In this document: piece after piece, positions 6,940 through 17,842 of the stretch
Position numbering within the stretch: the first letter of the stretch is position 1
Layout of the letters: every line of letters begins with the position of its first letter
Assembly (NCBI GenBank): GCA_043751115.1
Contig: JAYVAE010000001.1
Location: forward strand, 1-33,169
Source of the DNA: a bacterium
Lineage (GTDB): Bacteria; Patescibacteriota; Minisyncoccia; Phycocordibacterales; UBA5272
Direction: 5' to 3'
Length of the DNA: 33,169 nt
The notes under the pieces: generated by a model
What the model saw: only the letters and a program-made list of their open reading frames with translations
Told to the model about the DNA's origin: nothing
The model's database searches: none
Translations under genes and position numbers: made by a program

Positions 6940-7550
6940 AAGAAAACTTTAAAGAAAACATGATACAAAAGAAAGAGGGAGAAATAGAGAAAGGCGGGAG
7001 CAAAAGTATATTCGGAGTTTGGATATATTTAATGAGTGACTGTTTGCTATTTGCTAGTCTTTTTGCAACTTTTGTCATACTTCGCCACGCGACTAATGGC
7101 GGTCCATCTGGAGCAGAGATTTTTGACCTCCATTTTGTTTTCGCTGAAACAGTATTACTACTCGCGAGTAGTTTTACTCTTGGTATTGCAACTCTGTACG
7201 CCCATCATGAAGGTAGCAAAAAGAAAGCGCTCCGATTTATTGCTATTACTTTTATTTTGGGTCTTGCCTTCCTTTTCATGGAGACCTATGAATTTATGAA
7301 GCTGATAGGAGAAGGTCATGGACCTGACAAAAGCGCTTTCCTCTCCGCTTTCTTTACACTTCTTGGAGTGCATGGGCTACATGTACTTTTTGGACTAGTG
7401 TGGATGGCAGTGCTGTACATACAAATCGCGAAGAGGGGCCTCCAGCATGCTCTCATTGACCGTCTCTCTGCGCTTTCTCTTTTCTGGCATTTTATTGATA
7501 TCATTTGGATATTTATATTTACCATTGTCTATTTAATGGCTTTTGTATAA
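6936..7550 (+). CDS. cyoC: Cytochrome o ubiquinol oxidase subunit III
   Basis: 204-aa membrane protein (...[18 protein letters not shown]) immediately after cyoB in the canonical operon position. Confidence 0.85.
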   Translation: MKENFKENMIQKKEGEIEKGGSKSIFGVWIYLMSDCLLFASLFATFVILRHATNGGPSGAEIFDLHFVFAETVLLLASSFTLGIATLYAHHEGSKKKALRFIAITFILGLAFLFMETYEFMKLIGEGHGPDKSAFLSAFFTLLGVHGLHVLFGLVWMAVLYIQIAKRGLQHALIDRLSALSLFWHFIDIIWIFIFTIVYLMAFV

Positions 7551-7556
7551 TTTTTT

Positions 7557-7934
7557 ATGATAAAAACATTTGAAGTATTAGATGAAAATTTTGAAAGCTC
7601 AAAGAGAGCCTTCACATCGTATGTTGTTGGTTTCTTACTGTCACTCGCTCTCTCCTTTATGTCCTTTTTTATTATTGTAAAAGGGATTGTCTCTTCCTAT
7701 CTTGCACTTTTAACCATTATCATTCTTGGTGTTATTCAGCTCCTTGTTCAGGTTTTCTTTTTCCTACACCTCCCCATTAAAAGGAAGCCATATTGGAATG
7801 TGCTGGTGTTTTTCTTCACGCTTATCATTGTGTCTTTCCTTGTCATTGGTTCTTTGTGGATTATGTATCATCTTAATATGAATATGATGGGAATGCCCCC
7901 TTTCAATTCAAATGAGGGTCGTATACCACAGTAA
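7557..7934 (+). CDS. cyoD: Cytochrome o ubiquinol oxidase subunit IV
   Basis: 125-aa three-TM protein in the cyoD position (YVVGFLLSLALSFMSFF..., VQVFFFLHL). Confidence 0.75.
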   Translation: MIKTFEVLDENFESSKRAFTSYVVGFLLSLALSFMSFFIIVKGIVSSYLALLTIIILGVIQLLVQVFFFLHLPIKRKPYWNVLVFFFTLIIVSFLVIGSLWIMYHLNMNMMGMPPFNSNEGRIPQ

Positions 7935-7936
7935 AT

Positions 7937-8815
7937 ATGAAGAGGTGTAGAGAGTACTTTAAGCTTACCAAACCGGGTATTATTTACGGTAATGCCCTTA
8001 CACTCGTCGCTGGCTTCATGCTCGCGTCACACAATGCTCAAACCACTTTAGAGCAGGTAGAGTTCATCCTTTTACTTGCAACACTCATCGGTCTTTCTTT
8101 AGTGATAGCGGCGGGCTGTGTTTTTAATAATTATTTTGATAGAGATATTGACGCCCTTATGGAGAGGACGAGGAAGCGAGCGCTCGTTACTGGCGTGATA
8201 TCACCAAAAAATGCTCTCATTTTTGGCTACGCTCTTTTTACCCTAGGAGTGCTCATATTATATTTTTTTACAAACACACTCGCTTTCATTTTATCGCTTG
8301 TTGGTTTTTTTGTGTATGTCTTCTGGTATACAATGGCGCTCAAAAGACATTCAACGCACAGCACTCTTTTGGGGGGTATCGCAGGAGCTATGCCCCCGGT
8401 GGTTGGATACGTTTCTGTACTAGGAGCTATTGATGCAGGAGCAGTACTCCTTTTTCTCTTACTCACTATTTGGCAAATGCCTCACTCTTTTGGCATAGCT
8501 CTGTATCGACTAAGTGATTATAAAAAAGCAAATGTACCCGTACTTCCACTTCGAAAAGGCATTCTCGCCACAAAAATTCAAATTGGAGTCTACATCTTTC
8601 TCTTTTTAATTATAGCTACTTCATTTTATTTTTTTAAGCTTGCTCACGAAGTTTATATAGTAATTATTTCTCTACTCTCACTGTGGTGGCTTGCTCTCTC
8701 CCTAAAAGGTTTTCGTTTAAAGGAGGGGGAAGAAAAAATGTGGGCAAAATCTATCTTTAAATTCTCAATTATTATTTTGTCGGTGTTTTGCTTCCTTCTT
8801 ATTCTTGGCCTGTAA
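7937..8815 (+). CDS. cyoE: Protoheme IX farnesyltransferase (heme O synthase)
   Basis: UbiA-family polytopic protein with NNYFDRDIDALMERTRKRAL (the Asp-rich prenyltransferase motif). It is the last gene of the cyo operon. Confidence 0.88.
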   Translation: MKRCREYFKLTKPGIIYGNALTLVAGFMLASHNAQTTLEQVEFILLLATLIGLSLVIAAGCVFNNYFDRDIDALMERTRKRALVTGVISPKNALIFGYALFTLGVLILYFFTNTLAFILSLVGFFVYVFWYTMALKRHSTHSTLLGGIAGAMPPVVGYVSVLGAIDAGAVLLFLLLTIWQMPHSFGIALYRLSDYKKANVPVLPLRKGILATKIQIGVYIFLFLIIATSFYFFKLAHEVYIVIISLLSLWWLALSLKGFRLKEGEEKMWAKSIFKFSIIILSVFCFLLILGL

Positions 8816-8876
8816 GAATAGCGATCAATTTTTTATTCCTACAGATTTTATTTTACTTTTATAGTAGTATGGCGTA

Positions 8877-10142
8877 ATGAATATAGATGAAGAAAAGCTC
8901 TATGATGTTATTGTGATTGGCGGCGGAGCGTCCGGTATGATGGCGGCCGCGCGTGCTGGCGCTCGTGGACTCTCCGTACTTTTACTTGAGAAAAACAAGA
9001 GACTTGGAGAAAAGCTCCGCATTTCAGGAGGGGGAAGATGTAATATTTTAAATGTCGAAGAAGACGAAAGGGTACTTCTTGCTAAATATGGTGACGCAGA
9101 AAAATTTCTCTATAGTCTCTTTGCAAAGTTTGGAATGAAAGACACTTTTTCTTATTTTGAAGAGAAAGGACTACCGCTTCATGTTGAAGGATTAAAGAGA
9201 GCTTTTCCGAAAAGTAATAAGGCGGAAGATGTGGTAAATCTTCTTGAGGAAGAATTAAAAAAGGACAAGGTAGAGATAAAGCGTGCCGTCACCATTAAAA
9301 ACTTAGAGGTTAAAGACGGAGCTATACTCTTTGTGCAAGCAGGAGATATAAAGTATTATGCAAAAGAATACATACTCGCCACAGGAGGACTTTCTCACAA
9401 AGAGACGGGCTCAACAGGTGATGGCTTTTTATGGCTTTCAAAGCTTGGTCACAATGTGGTCAGTCCTACACCAGAACTTGTGCCACTCGTATCATGTTCA
9501 GCATGGGTTAAAGCTCTATCAGGAACCTCACTTTCTGATACCGCAGTTAGTTTCTATGTCGATGACAAGAAAGCATTTACCGTAAAAGGAAGAGTTCTTT
9601 TCACCCACTTCGGACTCTCAGGGCCACTTATTTTAAATAACTCTGGAAAAGTGGCAGACCTTTTACATACAGGTATGGTCACTGCCAGGATAGATCTTTT
9701 TTATAAAGTCGACCATGGCACTCTTGATAAACTGGTAGTAGACATTTTTGATCAGAATAAAAATAAAGAGCTCAAAAACATTTTGAAAGAGTTACTGCCC
9801 GAGGGCATGAGTAAGGGAGTTTCCCTTCTCTTGGCAGAGTTTTTTGATATTGAGAAAAAAGTGCATTCCATTTTAAAAGAAGAAAGAAAAGAGCTGGTAC
9901 ATCTCTTAAAAAGTATGCCGGCAACTATCGAGGGACTAATGGGTTTTGACAAAGCAATTGTTGCAGATGGCGGTACTCCGCCTGAGGAGATAGATTTTAA
10001 GACTATGAGATCAAAGAAATGCCTTAATCTTTTTGTAACGGGGGACCTCCTTCACATAAATCGTCCTTCAGGTGGGTACTCTCTACAGCTTTGCTGGTCT
10101 ACCGGCTATGTGGCAGGGTCTTCTGTTGGAGAAATATCTTAG
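8877..10142 (+). CDS. NAD(P)/FAD-dependent oxidoreductase, HI0933/BaiN-like flavoprotein
   Basis: YDVIVIGGGASGMMAAARAGARGLSVLLLEKNKRLGEKLRISGGGRCN is the family N-terminal dinucleotide-binding signature. The length (421 aa) fits. Confidence 0.85.
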   Translation: MNIDEEKLYDVIVIGGGASGMMAAARAGARGLSVLLLEKNKRLGEKLRISGGGRCNILNVEEDERVLLAKYGDAEKFLYSLFAKFGMKDTFSYFEEKGLPLHVEGLKRAFPKSNKAEDVVNLLEEELKKDKVEIKRAVTIKNLEVKDGAILFVQAGDIKYYAKEYILATGGLSHKETGSTGDGFLWLSKLGHNVVSPTPELVPLVSCSAWVKALSGTSLSDTAVSFYVDDKKAFTVKGRVLFTHFGLSGPLILNNSGKVADLLHTGMVTARIDLFYKVDHGTLDKLVVDIFDQNKNKELKNILKELLPEGMSKGVSLLLAEFFDIEKKVHSILKEERKELVHLLKSMPATIEGLMGFDKAIVADGGTPPEEIDFKTMRSKKCLNLFVTGDLLHINRPSGGYSLQLCWSTGYVAGSSVGEIS

Positions 10143-10150
10143 TTTTGCTT

Positions 10151-10759
10151 TTAGTTTTTCTTGAAAAGTCCGATCGTGTTATATCTGTAGCGTATATTTT
10201 TTTCTAAATGAAAAGTTCTCGCATAATGGACGAGTATGTCTTTCTCTGCTCCGACATTAATAAAAATCTCCCCATCCGCTTCCAGAATCACCTTAAGAGC
10301 GTTCAGAAAATCTGTAGTGATTAGTCTTGGCTCTACTGTACCGCCCGTGAAAAGATCTATGACAATAAGATCATAACGAGTAGGCAAGTCTACTATTTTC
10401 TCCACAGCGTCTCCGATAAGCATGACTACACCTTCAGTCTTGAAAAGTTTAAGATGCTTTATGACTTCGGTCATTGTCTCGTCCCATTCGATTGCGGTAA
10501 TTATTGAACCAGTATATCTTTTCTGAAGCAATCCGATGACATTTCCGGCACCAAGTCCGAGAACGAGAATAGCAGGGCTAGGTTTTATAAGAACGCTGAA
10601 GAAAAAAACTTCTTTCCACATAGAGGCAATATAGGTTCCCGCGCTTCCAGATTGTTGTACATGATCGATAGTCAGCCGTGTCATGCCGAGTAGTGTTTCA
10701 ATCCGAACTGCCTTATTTTTTTGTGACACGAAGTTAACTTTTTCGTAAAAAAATTTCAT
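10151..10759 (-). CDS. Spermidine-synthase-like class I SAM-dependent methyltransferase-fold protein
   Basis: ILVLGLGAGNVIGLL (G-x-G-x-G), ...AIEWDETM..., ...YDLIVIDLFTG. This is Rossmann-fold MTase / spermine-spermidine synthase-like organisation. Confidence 0.6.
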   Translation of the reverse strand: MKFFYEKVNFVSQKNKAVRIETLLGMTRLTIDHVQQSGSAGTYIASMWKEVFFFSVLIKPSPAILVLGLGAGNVIGLLQKRYTGSIITAIEWDETMTEVIKHLKLFKTEGVVMLIGDAVEKIVDLPTRYDLIVIDLFTGGTVEPRLITTDFLNALKVILEADGEIFINVGAEKDILVHYARTFHLEKNIRYRYNTIGLFKKN

Positions 10760-10864
10760 AGTTTAGGGAGATTAACAGGAGTATAGCAAGTTAAAAGATA
10801 AGGAAAAAGATTTTTAAAGAATGTATTTCCTTATGCTATAATCGTCCTAATTGCCTTTAACTTT

Positions 10865-12220
10865 ATGAGACATATTCTTATTATTATTCTTTTTGCTCTG
10901 ACACTTCTTTTGGCTGGAACCTCTTCATATTATTACTTGCCAAATAGTAGAGAGTTTTCCGCATATAACCTCGATCTTGATGGCATAGTAAATGATACTA
11001 GTACAAATAAACTGTCCTATGGTCCAAGTCCAAGTTTATCAAATGCTGATTTTTTCGAGGAAGTAAAAAAGAAATTTATTGATACCGGCGAGAACTTTAT
11101 TGAGGCAGATCTTTCCAAGATGAAACTTACTGTGTATCAAGCGGGGGTCCCCGTGAAGGAAGTAACAATACTGACGAAAGGAAAAGAGGGTCTTTGGTGG
11201 CAAACGCCTGCTGGACTTTACAAAATTGAGAGTAAGGCAAAATCACATTTCTCATCATTCGGGCAAGTCTATCAACCCTTTAGCATGGCCTTTCAAGGCA
11301 ATTTCTTTATACATGGTTGGCCACATTACAAGGATGGAAAAAAGGTTGCGACACAGTTTTCGGGTGGTTGTATAAGGCTTTCTGATGAAGATGCTGAGGT
11401 AGTGTATAACCTCGCCACTATTGGCTACCCGGTACTTGTTTTTGAGAAGGGATTTATTCCAGATGGTTTTACGTACGAGACAAAGCCACTCAAGCTTACT
11501 GCAGAAAGTTATTTAGCAGCCGACCTTAAAAATAATTTTTTGTTTACGAGCAAAGAGGCGACCACGACAAGATCTGTGGCTTCACTTACGAAACTCGTTA
11601 CTGCCCTTGTAGCTTCTGAATATATCAACTTAGATAAAGGCGTTATTATTAAGGAGAGCAGTCTGGCAACCACCTCTATAAAAAGGCTGAAAGTCGGAGA
11701 GTCTGTCTCTGCCTACTCACTACTTTTTCCCCTTTTAGAAGAGTCATCAAATGAGGCTGGAGAGGCTCTTGCGTCGGTGCTCGGGAGAGGTTACTTTATT
11801 TCACTCATGAATAAAAAAGCTAAAGCTATCGGTATGACGGATACAACTTTTACTGATCCATCGGGCAGGGAGTCTTACAATGTCTCTACACCAGAAGACA
11901 TGTTTCTTCTTGCGAAGTATATTTATTTAAACAGAAGATTTATTTTTAATATAACTTCTGAGCGTGTAGAAGGGTCAGCTTACGAGAATACTTTCACAGA
12001 TCTTCAAAATTTTAATTTGTACAAAGGTGACCCAGAGTTCGTCGGAGGGAAAACAGGTAAATCAACCAGCGCAAAGGAAGCGTATGTAGGTGTTTTTGAG
12101 ATGGAGTTTAAGGGTGAGGTGAGACCTATAGTTATCGTGATGCTTGGGTCTTTGGATATAAAAGAAGATGTGGAGAAAATGCGAAAACACATAAAAGAGA
12201 CATATAAAGAGACACCATGA
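10865..12220 (+). CDS. Fusion protein: L,D-transpeptidase (YkuD) domain + serine DD-carboxypeptidase (peptidase S11/PBP5-like) domain
   Basis: It has an N-terminal signal/anchor. The YkuD catalytic motif is HGWPH...SGGCIRLSDEDAEVVY. The penicillin-binding motifs follow: S-L-T-K (VASLTKLV), S-S-N (ESSNEA) and K-T-G (GGKTGKS). Confidence 0.85.
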   Translation: MRHILIIILFALTLLLAGTSSYYYLPNSREFSAYNLDLDGIVNDTSTNKLSYGPSPSLSNADFFEEVKKKFIDTGENFIEADLSKMKLTVYQAGVPVKEVTILTKGKEGLWWQTPAGLYKIESKAKSHFSSFGQVYQPFSMAFQGNFFIHGWPHYKDGKKVATQFSGGCIRLSDEDAEVVYNLATIGYPVLVFEKGFIPDGFTYETKPLKLTAESYLAADLKNNFLFTSKEATTTRSVASLTKLVTALVASEYINLDKGVIIKESSLATTSIKRLKVGESVSAYSLLFPLLEESSNEAGEALASVLGRGYFISLMNKKAKAIGMTDTTFTDPSGRESYNVSTPEDMFLLAKYIYLNRRFIFNITSERVEGSAYENTFTDLQNFNLYKGDPEFVGGKTGKSTSAKEAYVGVFEMEFKGEVRPIVIVMLGSLDIKEDVEKMRKHIKETYKETP

Positions 12221-12966
12221 AAACTGATGTAGCTCACAAGGAACAGATAGTTATTTCACAATTGCATAAGACATACAAGAATGCAAAGAAAGAGACGCTC
12301 AGTGGCATAAATCTCGCCATAAAAAAAGGAGAATTTATTGGACTGCTCGGTCCCAATGGCGCAGGTAAAACTACTCTCATCAACTGCCTTACTGGGGTCA
12401 CGAGTCAGACGAGCGGGAAGGTTACTCTCTTTGGTATGGATACGATAAAAGAGTATAGAGAGGCAAGAAAACTTGTTGGAGTGTCGCCACAAGAATTTAA
12501 TATAGACATTTTTGATAATGTTGACAACATCCTTGACTATCAAGCAGGGTATTTTGGAATTGTTGGTAAAGAGATGAAAAAAAGAAGAGAAGAGCTTATC
12601 TCACAGTTTGAGCTACAAGAACATAGAGAGAAACGTTTTCAATTTCTCTCCGGCGGACTTAAGCGACGCGTTGTTTTAGCGAAGGCGCTCATGCATGACC
12701 CAGAAATCCTCATACTTGATGAGCCAACCGCAGGGGTAGACGTAGAGACGAGGCAGACACTGTGGACTTACTTACAAGAGCTTCATAAAAAAGGGAAAAC
12801 TATCATATTGACGTCCCATTACTTAGAAGAAGTGCAAATGCTCTGTACCCGCGTAGCGATGATTAAAGATGGAAAAATCGTCCTTGATGGAGACATGAAA
12901 GAGACCACAAAAAATAAAACACTCGAAGCAATCTACTTAGAAAAAGTGGGTAAACAAAATATATGA
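12217..12966 (+). CDS. ABC transporter ATP-binding protein (ABC-2 exporter type)
   Basis: Walker A GPNGAGKTT, signature LSGGLKRR, Walker B ILILDEP. The start overlaps the upstream stop (ATGA). Confidence 0.9.
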   Translation: MKTDVAHKEQIVISQLHKTYKNAKKETLSGINLAIKKGEFIGLLGPNGAGKTTLINCLTGVTSQTSGKVTLFGMDTIKEYREARKLVGVSPQEFNIDIFDNVDNILDYQAGYFGIVGKEMKKRREELISQFELQEHREKRFQFLSGGLKRRVVLAKALMHDPEILILDEPTAGVDVETRQTLWTYLQELHKKGKTIILTSHYLEEVQMLCTRVAMIKDGKIVLDGDMKETTKNKTLEAIYLEKVGKQNI

Positions 12967-13733
12967 TATATAACTGGACTGGATTTTTTACGCTTATACG
13001 ACGTGAACTTGGGAGGGCAAGAAGAGTTATTGGTCAAGCACTTATCGCCCCACTTGTGACGGCAGTGCTCTATATTTTTGTTTTCGGCTATGTTGTTGGA
13101 AGTAAAATAGAGATAATAGAAGGGATAAAGTATATTAGCTTCGTATTCCCCGGTATCTTTGCAATGAATCTCATCATGGCAGTCTTCTCGGCGACATCAG
13201 CTTCTATATACTTCATGAAATTTCAGAGGACTATAGAGGACATGCTCACACTTCCGCTTTCCTATGTAGAAATAGTCGCATCTCTGCTTGTTTCTGGACT
13301 CGTGAGGGCTTTTGCTATCACAGTAGCCCTTTCTTTCGTCGCTATTATGTTTGGCATCAATACTCTCGCCCACCCATTTTATCTACTACTTTTTGTTTTA
13401 CTGATTAGCATTCTTTTTGGGCTACTCGGCATCATTGCTGGCATATGGGCGGATAATAGTTTTGAAAAATTTGGTATTATTACCAACTTTATTCTGACAC
13501 CGCTTACTTTTCTAGGTGGCGCATTCTACTCAGTGAATATGCTACCAGAGAAATTTATATTTCTCATCCACGCAAACCCTGTTTTTTATGCGGTAGACAG
13601 CCTCCGTTTCGCCCTTACGGGGTATCATGAAAGTAATTTAGCTGTGTCGGTTGCTGTGCTTGGAGGGCTTTCTCTTCTTGCCCTCGCAACCTGCATCTAT
13701 ATATTCAAAACAGGGTGGAAACTTAGGTCGTAA
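12963..13733 (+). CDS. ABC-2 type transporter permease
   Basis: 256-aa six-TM-like protein translationally coupled (ATGA overlap) to the ATPase. Confidence 0.8.
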   Translation: MIYNWTGFFTLIRRELGRARRVIGQALIAPLVTAVLYIFVFGYVVGSKIEIIEGIKYISFVFPGIFAMNLIMAVFSATSASIYFMKFQRTIEDMLTLPLSYVEIVASLLVSGLVRAFAITVALSFVAIMFGINTLAHPFYLLLFVLLISILFGLLGIIAGIWADNSFEKFGIITNFILTPLTFLGGAFYSVNMLPEKFIFLIHANPVFYAVDSLRFALTGYHESNLAVSVAVLGGLSLLALATCIYIFKTGWKLRS

Positions 13734-14085
13734 TAGAGGTTAAGCGAAGCTTTCGTACATTTTAGGCTTAATAGACATTAATGGTGCTTAGCACCCAAGT
13801 ATCTCTTTTACAACTTTTATCCTTCTTTCCGTTGTTAATCCTCTGTGCACATTCACCATCATTTTTAATACACTAAAGTATCCGTCGAGGGGTCACTAAA
13901 TCAAAAGAATCAAATTTTCTGTTGATAATGCACGAACATATTTTTGTGTTTCAGAAATAATTATGAAGGTGTTTTCAATAATCTAACACAACTAACTCCG
14001 AGAAGACCGTAACTGGATATCTCCAGTGATGAAAAAGTGCATTCGGGCGCTTTTTTCTTTTCCTTAAAAATGTTAGTCTTTTAAC

Positions 14086-14664
14086 ATGTTTAAGATACCG
14101 TCAGCTCTTACAGCTCTTAGCAAAGAACAAAAAATAGTTACCTATTTTCTCCTCTTCTCTCTGCTTCTTTATGGTGTACTTTTCTTTACCTCTTCTTACG
14201 TTACTAAGCCCGTAGCAGAAGTCAAAAAAAGTATCATTGTGCCGACCAAAGACACCCCTCTGTACGATATGAAAGGTGAGGCAACACAAGAAAAAACTCG
14301 AAGCACTTTGAATTATTCTCTTAAATTTCCCTCCACCCTAATAAGAGAGGTTAAAAATGAGGGTGAATCTGTTTTATTCTATTATGATGGGGCCGTCGTC
14401 GCTAAACTTACTTTTGTGTATGAAGGAAAGAATGGATTAAGTAAAGAAAAGTATGTTAGAGATGTACTCGGGCAAAGGCTCCCTCTTGCCATAGAGTCTG
14501 GATTAACAACCTTTGGTAAATATGATTATATGACTGCGGCAGCAGAAAACTCTTACTTTAGGGTTTCTTCTTTCAAAAAGGGGGAGTGGCTCGGAGCTCT
14601 TGAAATACTTCCAGAAAATCAGGAGGTAGAGAAAATTATTCTTGGCAGTCTTGAAATAAAGTAA
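14086..14664 (+). CDS. Hypothetical N-terminally anchored protein
   Basis: 192-aa ORF with one TM helix (IVTYFLLFSLLLYGVLFF). I recognise no family. Confidence 0.5.
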   Translation: MFKIPSALTALSKEQKIVTYFLLFSLLLYGVLFFTSSYVTKPVAEVKKSIIVPTKDTPLYDMKGEATQEKTRSTLNYSLKFPSTLIREVKNEGESVLFYYDGAVVAKLTFVYEGKNGLSKEKYVRDVLGQRLPLAIESGLTTFGKYDYMTAAAENSYFRVSSFKKGEWLGALEILPENQEVEKIILGSLEIK

Positions 14665-14724
14665 AAAGGACTGGAAAGAAAGACTTTTTTCTGCTATACT
14701 CAGTCGTTAGCATCATATACTTCT

Positions 14725-17370
14725 ATGTCAGAAAAACAAAAAGAAACAAAGAAAGAGAGAGAAAAGATAGAGTCTATTATTGTGCGTGGAGCAAGAACGC
14801 ATAATCTCAAAAATGTTACGGTCGAGATGCCAAGGCATAAAATGATAGTCTTTACTGGACTTTCTGGATCAGGAAAGTCTTCACTGGCTTTTGATACTAT
14901 CTTTGCCGAAGGACAGCGACGTTATGTCGAGTCACTTTCAGCGTACGCGAGACAGTTTCTTAATCAGATGCAAAAGCCTGACGTAGATGAAATAGTCGGG
15001 CTGTCACCTGCAATTTCTATAGATCAAAAATCAGCAGGGCGTAACCCCCGTTCAACGGTCGCGACTATCACCGAGATATACGACTATCTTCGAGTTCTTT
15101 ACGCTCGTATCGGTAAGCCATATTGCACCGAGTGTGGAACAAAAATACAGAAGCTTTCTAATGAGGAAATACTTTCTTTCATTGTAGAGAAAGTGAAAAA
15201 AGTTGATTATAAAAAAGTTGAAAAAGAGATAATGGGGGTGCAATTTTCTCATGCTGAAGTACACATCTTAGCCCCAGTTGTGCGTGGGAGAAAAGGTGAG
15301 TATTATCAGCTCCTTTATGACATGCTCGGCAAGGGTTTTACTGAGGCTCTGGTCGATGGAGAAAGGAAAAGTTTGCGTGAACAAATAATTCTTTCAAAAA
15401 CAAAAAAGCATGAAATTTCTTTTGTAGTAGACTCGATCGCTATTGATGATTTCAAGAAAAAGGGTACTGAGAAAGATTCAATGATGCGACTTTCCGAAAG
15501 TGTTGAGAGGGCGATTCACGAGGCAGAAGGCTTGGTTGAAATAGAGATACTTGGCGAAAGATTTATTATGAGTTCCAAATTTGCATGCGCGAATTGTGGC
15601 TTTTCTTTTCCAGAAATAGAGCCAAGGCTTTTTTCTTTTAACTCTCCCTATGGAGCATGCGCTACTTGTAATGGGCTAGGAACAAAATATTTAGGAGGAC
15701 TTGATGCCTGTGACGATTGTGGCGGAAAAAGACTGAGAAAAGAGGCATTGTCCGTCTTCTTAGATGACAAAGAAAAGATAAATATCGTTGATATAACCAC
15801 GCTTTCAATACAAGACGCAGATGCGTACTTTAAAAAATTACCACTCACTCCAAAAGAGCAAGAAATCGCTAAGGTTATTATCAAAGAGATTGAATCGAGA
15901 CTTGAGTTTATGTTAAATGTCGGACTAAATTATCTATCGCTCTCGAGAAAGGCAGACACTCTTTCAGGAGGTGAGGCGCAGCGCATCAGGCTTGCTAGTC
16001 AGCTAGGAAGTCAGCTCGTTGGGGCGCTGTACGTCCTCGATGAGCCAACTATTGGCCTTCATCAAAGGGATAATGATAAGCTTATCAAAACATTGCTACA
16101 TCTCCGTGATATAGGAAACACCATCATCATTGTTGAGCATGATGAAGACACTATTTATGCGTCAGACTATCTCGTAGATATTGGACCGCTTGCTGGAGTG
16201 CATGGCGGAGAAATAGTGGTATCAGGATATCTAGATGATCTTCTCACCGCCCCAAAAAATAAATCAGGTAGCGTTACTTTATCGTATCTTCGTGGAGAAA
16301 AAGAAATTCCTCTTCCTACAAAGAGGCGTGACCAAGATAAGGGATCCCTTAAGGTAGTCGGCGGAGATGTTTTTAATATACACAATATGAATGCAACGCT
16401 CCCGCTCGGCCGTATGTCTGTGATTACCGGAGTATCAGGCTCTGGAAAGAGTTCCTTTCTTTATGAAATAGTGTATAGAAATCTCCTCACTCGTTTAGAA
16501 AGAAAACATAGGTCAGCAAAGACACATAATTGTACTTCCTTCTCTGGCTCGGAGTATTTGTCACGCGTTGTTCTGATCGACCAATCTCCGATTGGGAGAA
16601 CCCCGAGAAGTAATCCCGCAACGTACACCGGTGCGTGGACACATGTGAGAGACTTATTTGCCACAAGTGAAGAGGCAAGACTTCGTGGTTGGAAGCCGTC
16701 CCGCTTTTCATTTAATGTGAAGGGAGGCAGATGTGAAGTGTGCCAAGGTAATGGGCAAATAGCCGTTGAAATGCATTTCCTTCCAACAGTGTATGTTGAG
16801 TGTGACGTTTGCACTGGCAAGCGCTTTATGAAAGAGACACTCGAGGTGAAGTATAAGGGTAAAAGTATTTACGATGTACTTCGTATGACGGTAGAAGAGG
16901 CTCTCATTTTTTTTCAAGACATACCTGCTGTTTATGACAGGGTTAAGACGCTTGACGATGTCGGCCTTTCTTATCTTGAGCTTGGACAAAGCGCGACGAC
17001 ACTTTCTGGCGGTGAAGCGCAGAGAGTCAAGATTTCAAGCGAGCTTTATAGACCTCATGTTGAGAAAACTATTTATTTACTCGATGAGCCATCTATCGGG
17101 CTTCATTACGAAGACATAGCGAGACTCATTGATATATTAAATAAGCTCGTGGATAAAGGTAATACTGTTGTCCTTATTGAACATAATTTAGATATAGTAA
17201 AATCTTGCGATTATATACTTGATATTGGCCCTGAGGGAGGTGTAGGGGGCGGCAAAGTAGTAGCTTCAGGCACGCCAGAGCAAGTGGCGAGCAATGAAAA
17301 CTCTCATACCGGATACTATTTGAAAAAGGTGCTAAAAAAACATAGAGAGAGGGAGAAAGAGAGGAAGTAA
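14725..17370 (+). CDS. uvrA: Excinuclease ABC subunit A
   Basis: Duplicated ABC ATPase modules (GLSGSGKSS / GVSGSGKSS; LSGGEAQR twice). Zinc-finger Cys clusters are present (CTECG, CANCG...[14 protein letters not shown]...CDVCTG). Confidence 0.95.
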   Translation: MSEKQKETKKEREKIESIIVRGARTHNLKNVTVEMPRHKMIVFTGLSGSGKSSLAFDTIFAEGQRRYVESLSAYARQFLNQMQKPDVDEIVGLSPAISIDQKSAGRNPRSTVATITEIYDYLRVLYARIGKPYCTECGTKIQKLSNEEILSFIVEKVKKVDYKKVEKEIMGVQFSHAEVHILAPVVRGRKGEYYQLLYDMLGKGFTEALVDGERKSLREQIILSKTKKHEISFVVDSIAIDDFKKKGTEKDSMMRLSESVERAIHEAEGLVEIEILGERFIMSSKFACANCGFSFPEIEPRLFSFNSPYGACATCNGLGTKYLGGLDACDDCGGKRLRKEALSVFLDDKEKINIVDITTLSIQDADAYFKKLPLTPKEQEIAKVIIKEIESRLEFMLNVGLNYLSLSRKADTLSGGEAQRIRLASQLGSQLVGALYVLDEPTIGLHQRDNDKLIKTLLHLRDIGNTIIIVEHDEDTIYASDYLVDIGPLAGVHGGEIVVSGYLDDLLTAPKNKSGSVTLSYLRGEKEIPLPTKRRDQDKGSLKVVGGDVFNIHNMNATLPLGRMSVITGVSGSGKSSFLYEIVYRNLLTRLERKHRSAKTHNCTSFSGSEYLSRVVLIDQSPIGRTPRSNPATYTGAWTHVRDLFATSEEARLRGWKPSRFSFNVKGGRCEVCQGNGQIAVEMHFLPTVYVECDVCTGKRFMKETLEVKYKGKSIYDVLRMTVEEALIFFQDIPAVYDRVKTLDDVGLSYLELGQSATTLSGGEAQRVKISSELYRPHVEKTIYLLDEPSIGLHYEDIARLIDILNKLVDKGNTVVLIEHNLDIVKSCDYILDIGPEGGVGGGKVVASGTPEQVASNENSHTGYYLKKVLKKHREREKERK

Positions 17371-17404
17371 CATCTAGTGAGCACCAATATGTGTGTGAGA
17401 AGTC

Positions 17405-17431
17405 AAAAAGCAACCCAACAGGTTGCTTTTT
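17405..17431. terminator. Bidirectional intrinsic terminator between uvrA and the convergent 126-aa ORF
   Basis: AAAAAGCAACC, loop CAACA, GGTTGCTTTTT. Confidence 0.65.
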
Positions 17432-17461
17432 GTGAAGCAGGCTGAGCCACTTCACGTTACT

Positions 17462-17842
17462 TCATTTTGCTTCATCCAAGAATAACCGTAGTGTTTTTCT
17501 CAGCGCCTTCACTTGGTATGCACTCTCAAAAGAAAGCGTCACCCATAGGCTTGACTCGCGATTGACTAGCTTCCTCACCTCTTCGGCCTTCATCTGGTAC
17601 TCACTTACTCGTGTTCTTGTTCCACCGTTTTTAAAGACGACGTAACTTTTCTCACTCGTAAGATTCCAAACTTCAGACTGCCCCGCGCTAATGACTGAAA
17701 GGTACCACTTGCGCTCCTTTAAGGGAGGAGCTTCTGTAAGCAGCTTTAGAGCGTGAGCGCAGATGCTCGGTGAGCAGAAGTGCTCGGGTAGTCCTAGCCG
17801 TATGCGTGAAGCCTGTTCAAGCTCTTGGGAGCGAATTTTCAC
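17462..17842 (-). CDS. Hypothetical protein (GC-rich insert, distal ORF)
   Basis: 126-aa ORF with a GTG start that overlaps the stop of the upstream 62-aa ORF (GTGA). I recognise no family. Local G+C is clearly above its neighbours. Confidence 0.4.
   Translation of the reverse strand: MKIRSQELEQASRIRLGLPEHFCSPSICAHALKLLTEAPPLKERKWYLSVISAGQSEVWNLTSEKSYVVFKNGGTRTRVSEYQMKAEEVRKLVNRESSLWVTLSFESAYQVKALRKTLRLFLDEAK

Noticed and set aside
4057-8466. Numerous 60-100-aa antisense or alternate-frame ORFs inside cyoA-E (and similarly inside uvrA, uvrC, nrdA and the helicase)
   Set aside because: They are fully embedded in strongly supported conserved genes, and I recognised no independent signals or similarity.
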